DNA of 64,000 nt from Candidatus Bathyarchaeota archaeon (GTDB lineage: Archaea > Thermoproteota > Bathyarchaeia > Hecatellales > Hecatellaceae). Made by a program: the position numbers and the translations under genes. Under the pieces are notes generated by a model that searched no databases, was not told the origin of the DNA, and saw only the letters and a list, made by a program, of their open reading frames with translations. Of the stretch, positions 60,144 to 64,000 are shown in pieces; positions within the stretch are counted from its first letter, which is position 1, and each line of letters starts with the position of its first letter. Location of the stretch: NCBI GenBank assembly GCA_052246995.1, contig JBQPWD010000003.1, forward strand, positions 128,001-192,000, read 5' to 3'.

Positions 60144-60158
60144 AGGAGTGAAAAATTT

Positions 60159-61334
60159 ATGAGGGAAACAACAGGTAGAGGTAAGGTTTCAAAAATAAGC
60201 CTTAAAACTCCAATCAATAGAATTCAGTGTTGTATTGAAGAAGGTAATTTGGTTATAAAGTCAAGGGTTGGTTTTCTTAAAACCTTAAGCTCTGCTGTTT
60301 TGAATGGAGGTTTATGTTTCGCGAAAACTATTCTTAACCATCAAGTCCCAAAAAACTTCAACCATCCAGATCCAGCATCCTACTTAAATATGGTTGTAAA
60401 CAAGTTAGGGCTTCCAACTCCAGTGGTTGGGTTGATGACTGCAGCCAGCATTTCAAATTTTTCAATGTATCAATCTACAAAAAATGAAAACTGCTTCTGC
60501 ATTTTTACTACTGCAGGTTTATCTAATGCTTCTACTGCGGGAGACATTACAACTCAAACTGGCTTTTCTTTTACAGGCACAATTAACATTATTGTTTTAA
60601 TTGATGGAAACCTTACTGACTCATGCATGGTGGATGCTGTAAAAACAGTTACGGAGGCTAAAACTGTTGCATTAAGGGAGCTTGATGTTAGAAGTCAGTT
60701 TTCAGGGAAGCCAGCCAGCGGTACAACAACCGACGCTGTGGTTGTTGCTTGCACAGGAAGGGGAAGGTTGGTGCATTACGCTGGTACAGCTACAGCAATA
60801 GGTGAAGATATTGGTGTAGGTGTTGTTAAGTCTGTTAAGGAGGCTGTTGAAAAAGGTGAGAAGCTTGTTGCAAACAGGCCGCTAATTAAGAGGCTTGAAG
60901 AAAATGGTATAACATTTGAAGACCTTGTTAAAACAGCCTTAGAACTTCTAGTTTACCATCCAAACATGGGAAGTAGAGAGTATGTAGTTCAAGTATTAAA
61001 AGAATGTCTTCAGGAGGCTTTATCCGATGTAAATGTAGCCGCCTTAGTAATGGCAGGTATTAGACTTAATGATGATGGAAATGTTGGACTTATACCTGGA
61101 CTTACCAGTGAAGCCTACGTAAGCGACCCGGTTTATATTTTAGCTGACGAGATTTTAGGGATGAGTATAGCAAACTACATTGCTGGAAGTAGAGGAATTT
61201 TTGAATTTGCAAGGTTTGATAAGGCTAAGCCTGGATTGCTAAAAAATCTAAAACCATTCCTTGATGATGTCATTGGAGGGTTAATTGCTGGAGCATCATC
61301 TAAAATGTACACTAAACTGCTTGGAGGCGTGTAG
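60159..61334 (+). CDS. cbiZ: Adenosylcobinamide amidohydrolase CbiZ fused to CobZ-like alpha-ribazole phosphatase (CbiS-type)
   Basis: LSSAVLNGG, GLMTAA, GTINI, TEAK, SGTTTD; C-terminal ADEILGMSIANYIAG..FDKAKPG..FLDD. Confidence 0.85.
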   Translation: MRETTGRGKVSKISLKTPINRIQCCIEEGNLVIKSRVGFLKTLSSAVLNGGLCFAKTILNHQVPKNFNHPDPASYLNMVVNKLGLPTPVVGLMTAASISNFSMYQSTKNENCFCIFTTAGLSNASTAGDITTQTGFSFTGTINIIVLIDGNLTDSCMVDAVKTVTEAKTVALRELDVRSQFSGKPASGTTTDAVVVACTGRGRLVHYAGTATAIGEDIGVGVVKSVKEAVEKGEKLVANRPLIKRLEENGITFEDLVKTALELLVYHPNMGSREYVVQVLKECLQEALSDVNVAALVMAGIRLNDDGNVGLIPGLTSEAYVSDPVYILADEILGMSIANYIAGSRGIFEFARFDKAKPGLLKNLKPFLDDVIGGLIAGASSKMYTKLLGGV

Positions 61335-61342
61335 GTAGTTTT

Positions 61343-62092
61343 ATGGGGCTTGTAAAGGGTTTAAGGGATGTTGTAGGCTTCCTTACTATTATACCTGTAA
61401 AGCTTGATGAAAACAGCCTAAAAAATGCAGCTAACTATATGTTTCTTTTCCCAGTTGTTGGGGCTTTTCTTGGTATACTGTCTGACTGTTTTGCATATTT
61501 ACTTTCAAGTTTTTTTCCAACATTAATTGTTGGGACTGTTACACTCTTCTTCCTTTTAATACTTACAGGTTTTCATCATTTGGATGGTTTACTGGATTTT
61601 GGTGATGGTTTAATGTTTCAAGGTGTATATAAGGAGAAGATTAACGTTATGCGTGATAGCAGAGTTGGTGTTGGAGGTATAGGGCTGGGTTTAATGGTTA
61701 CTATTACAACATTGTTATGTATCTCGGAGCTTGTTAAAGGTCGAGTTGTTTACTGTTTAACGGTTTCTGAGAGTTTAGCGAAACTTTCAATGGTTGTTCT
61801 TGCCTTTACAGGTAAGTCTGCATGTGAAGGCTTAAACACGTACTTTGTTAATGTTATGCATGGGAAACATAGAGTTTTACGTTTAACAGTATCCATAACT
61901 ATAACTTTTATTGTGGGAGTTTTTCTTATAGGCATAAATTTTGTTTATCTACTGTTAGGCTGTGTCATCACAAGCTTAGCTATACTTTTCATCTCCAACA
62001 AACATTTTAATGGTATAACAGGTGATGTATTGGGGGCGTTAAATGAGATTTCACGTATGACCTCGTTGCTTATCATGGTGATGATAGGATGA
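61343..62092 (+). CDS. cobS: Cobalamin synthase
   Basis: FLTIIP, GFHHLDGLLDFGDG, MRDSRVG, GITGDVLGA. Confidence 0.93.
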   Translation: MGLVKGLRDVVGFLTIIPVKLDENSLKNAANYMFLFPVVGAFLGILSDCFAYLLSSFFPTLIVGTVTLFFLLILTGFHHLDGLLDFGDGLMFQGVYKEKINVMRDSRVGVGGIGLGLMVTITTLLCISELVKGRVVYCLTVSESLAKLSMVVLAFTGKSACEGLNTYFVNVMHGKHRVLRLTVSITITFIVGVFLIGINFVYLLLGCVITSLAILFISNKHFNGITGDVLGALNEISRMTSLLIMVMIG

Positions 62093-62718
62093 AGGTTAAT
62101 GTTTTGGTTATGGCTGGAGGTAAGGGTAAACGTTTAAAGGCAGAAGGGGAGAAACCTCTTTTAAAGCTTAATGGTAAACCTTTAATCCAGTATGTTATTG
62201 AGGCGTTAAAGAAAGTTGCAATGGTAGATAGAATAGTTGTTGTAACCAGTAAGTATACCCCTAAAACAGCAAGCATGGCGCGAAGTTTGCAGGTTGAGGT
62301 TTTGGAGACACCTGGAGACGGATATGTTGCAGACCTACGTTATGCTGTTGAAAAGTTAAACTTAAAAGGTCCTGTAATGCTGGTTTCAGCCGATCTTCCT
62401 CTAATTTCCCATGAAATATTAAGTATGGTGATTGAGTACTTTAAACAGTGTGGTAAGCCTGCTTTGTCGGTAATGGTTCCATATCAAGTTTTTGAGAAGT
62501 TGGGGTTAATTCCAAGCTTAACCTTAAACGTGAACGGAAACCTTCTAGTTCCAGCTGGAATAAACATTGTTACTGGTGAGATGATGGGTAATGGGGAAAT
62601 TGAAGAGGAAAGAATGGTTTTGAACGTGGAGGAAGTTGCTGTAAACGTTAACACGGTAGAAGACTTAAAGGTAGCTAAAAAGCTTCTATCTTTAAAAGCT
62701 TCTAGATTAAAATCATGA
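62089..62718 (+). CDS. cobY: GTP:adenosylcobinamide-phosphate guanylyltransferase
   Basis: MAGGKGKRL, EKPL, GDGYVADL, SADLP, NVNTVEDL; cob context. Confidence 0.87.
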   Translation: MKVNVLVMAGGKGKRLKAEGEKPLLKLNGKPLIQYVIEALKKVAMVDRIVVVTSKYTPKTASMARSLQVEVLETPGDGYVADLRYAVEKLNLKGPVMLVSADLPLISHEILSMVIEYFKQCGKPALSVMVPYQVFEKLGLIPSLTLNVNGNLLVPAGINIVTGEMMGNGEIEEERMVLNVEEVAVNVNTVEDLKVAKKLLSLKASRLKS

Positions 62719-62788
62719 TTTTAAAATAGGTTGGTTTTGTAATGTTTAAAGTTGAATCCTTAAAAAGGTTGAAACTTTACCAGTATTG

Positions 62789-63901
62789 TTATTTTTGTGA
62801 AACTAGTCTTTCATAGTTTTTCTCAATTTCCCTAAGTAGTATATCTTTTGATATTAAACCTCTTGATTTTAATATTGCGGCAATTGTCGAGCCGCCTGCA
62901 CCAACCCCTTCTTTAACAGCACCCTCCTCATAAACCCTTAAACCCTCAAATCTTGAGTGGGTAAAATCAAGGTCAGAAACCAGTATCGGAACTTCAGCAA
63001 TTTGGGATGTTATCCCTTTTAAGTCAGCTGTTTTGTCGTTTACAATCCACCTTGTAGTTCCAACAGCCAAATTGTGTAAAATGTCTGGATTTAACGCTTT
63101 AACTACTGCCAACATGGCGGTCATCTGTGTTCCACCAGCCATTAAAACCGGAACCTTGTTAGCAGCCCCGATGAGTAATCCTGAGAAGGCTGCTATAACA
63201 GGGTCTCCAACACATGAAATCGCCTTTATCGGGTTTTTTGCTAACGTGCCAAACTTTATGTTTGAGGCTTTTAAACCCTCCTCAACGGTTTTAACTTTAA
63301 GGTTATGCGGATTACTTGGCATGCTACTGCTAACTTTTCCTTTAGCATCTACCCCCATGGCTAACAAAACACCAAGCGTGGTTGTTGTACCACCTGGAAT
63401 ACTTTCCCCAATTACTAGGTAGTCGGCAACCTTAGCCAGGTTTCTTCCAGCAATTTCAGCTTTATGTAAAATTTCTTCCACGTTTTCCACTGCTTTACCT
63501 GTTCTTATGTCGTTTCCAGATTTCCCTCCCAACTCAATAAATGGAGTATGTGGTTTTACTTTAACCCCGCCGCTTACAACAATTGTAGCTATATCTGCCA
63601 GTTTTAACGCTGACATGGTAATCAAGGCAGGGGTTGGTATCCCCTCAGGTGTTACAGGTACACCTTCAATACACCTACACAAGCCTAACAGAAGTAGTTC
63701 TACGTCCGCGGGAGGCGTGTAATCTGTAAGCTCGGGATATTTTCCAGCTGCAGATATACCTGGAATTTTAGCTGTTTCAGTAGTTCCGATTACACAAATA
63801 AATAGCGGGTTTTTTCCCTCTACTTTTTCTATAAAGGCTTTGCCTTTATTTTCCTCATGAAACAGTATTATATCGTAAATTTTTTTGCAATCTTTCAACA
63901 T
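62789..63901 (-). CDS. cobT: Archaeal nicotinate-nucleotide:lower-ligand phosphoribosyltransferase
   Basis: IPGISAAG, PTPALIT, GESIPGGTTT, AGGTQM, VKEGVGAGG. Confidence 0.9.
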   Translation of the reverse strand: MLKDCKKIYDIILFHEENKGKAFIEKVEGKNPLFICVIGTTETAKIPGISAAGKYPELTDYTPPADVELLLLGLCRCIEGVPVTPEGIPTPALITMSALKLADIATIVVSGGVKVKPHTPFIELGGKSGNDIRTGKAVENVEEILHKAEIAGRNLAKVADYLVIGESIPGGTTTTLGVLLAMGVDAKGKVSSSMPSNPHNLKVKTVEEGLKASNIKFGTLAKNPIKAISCVGDPVIAAFSGLLIGAANKVPVLMAGGTQMTAMLAVVKALNPDILHNLAVGTTRWIVNDKTADLKGITSQIAEVPILVSDLDFTHSRFEGLRVYEEGAVKEGVGAGGSTIAAILKSRGLISKDILLREIEKNYERLVSQK

Positions 63902-64000
63902 TATTATTATAGCCCTCCATTTTTGTTGTCCTTAACTGCAATATTTTAGAAATCACCTTTACAATTTTTATCTTTGTAATTTTATAATTTTCTACTTAAT

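Noticed and set aside
1-64000. CRISPR array, transposase, integrase, rRNA
   Set aside because: No regularly spaced repeats, recombinase motifs or rRNA-like stretches were seen.

Overview
AT-rich archaeal chromosomal window, most like Bathyarchaeia/TACK by gene content (inference). It is mostly housekeeping: pyrF, rps19e-PDCD5-rpl39e-rpl31e, tfe, trm56, hflX, aMBF1, trm14, psmB, alaS, leuS, tyrS, hjc, eIF6, secE-spt5-rpl11, cgi121, trm112 and tRNA-Ala(TGC). Metabolic blocks are a mannosylglycerate pair (mpgS + HAD) beside the tRNA, an AOR + Fe-ADH + Fe-S protein cluster, ETF/Hdr-like/acyl-CoA dehydrogenase genes, and a 12-kb cobamide uptake and salvage locus containing two unexplained radical SAM genes. 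Main discovery: tyrS is interrupted just before its HIGH-type motif by a 33-nt insert (37099-37131) that creates an in-frame TAG and folds into a bulge-helix-bulge (BHB). Cutting by the tRNA splicing endonuclease rule gives GFEPSG-L-MHIG, so this looks like an endonuclease-spliced mRNA intron in an aminoacyl-tRNA synthetase gene. About 145 nt upstream on the other strand is an unannotated K-turn H/ACA-like guide RNA. Also seen: an RBS-occluding hairpin, two inverted-repeat elements, a hairpin-bounded insertion in a sirtuin, missed small ORFs, CTG/ATA starts and three frameshifted genes. All product calls come from motif recognition by eye; no searches were run.
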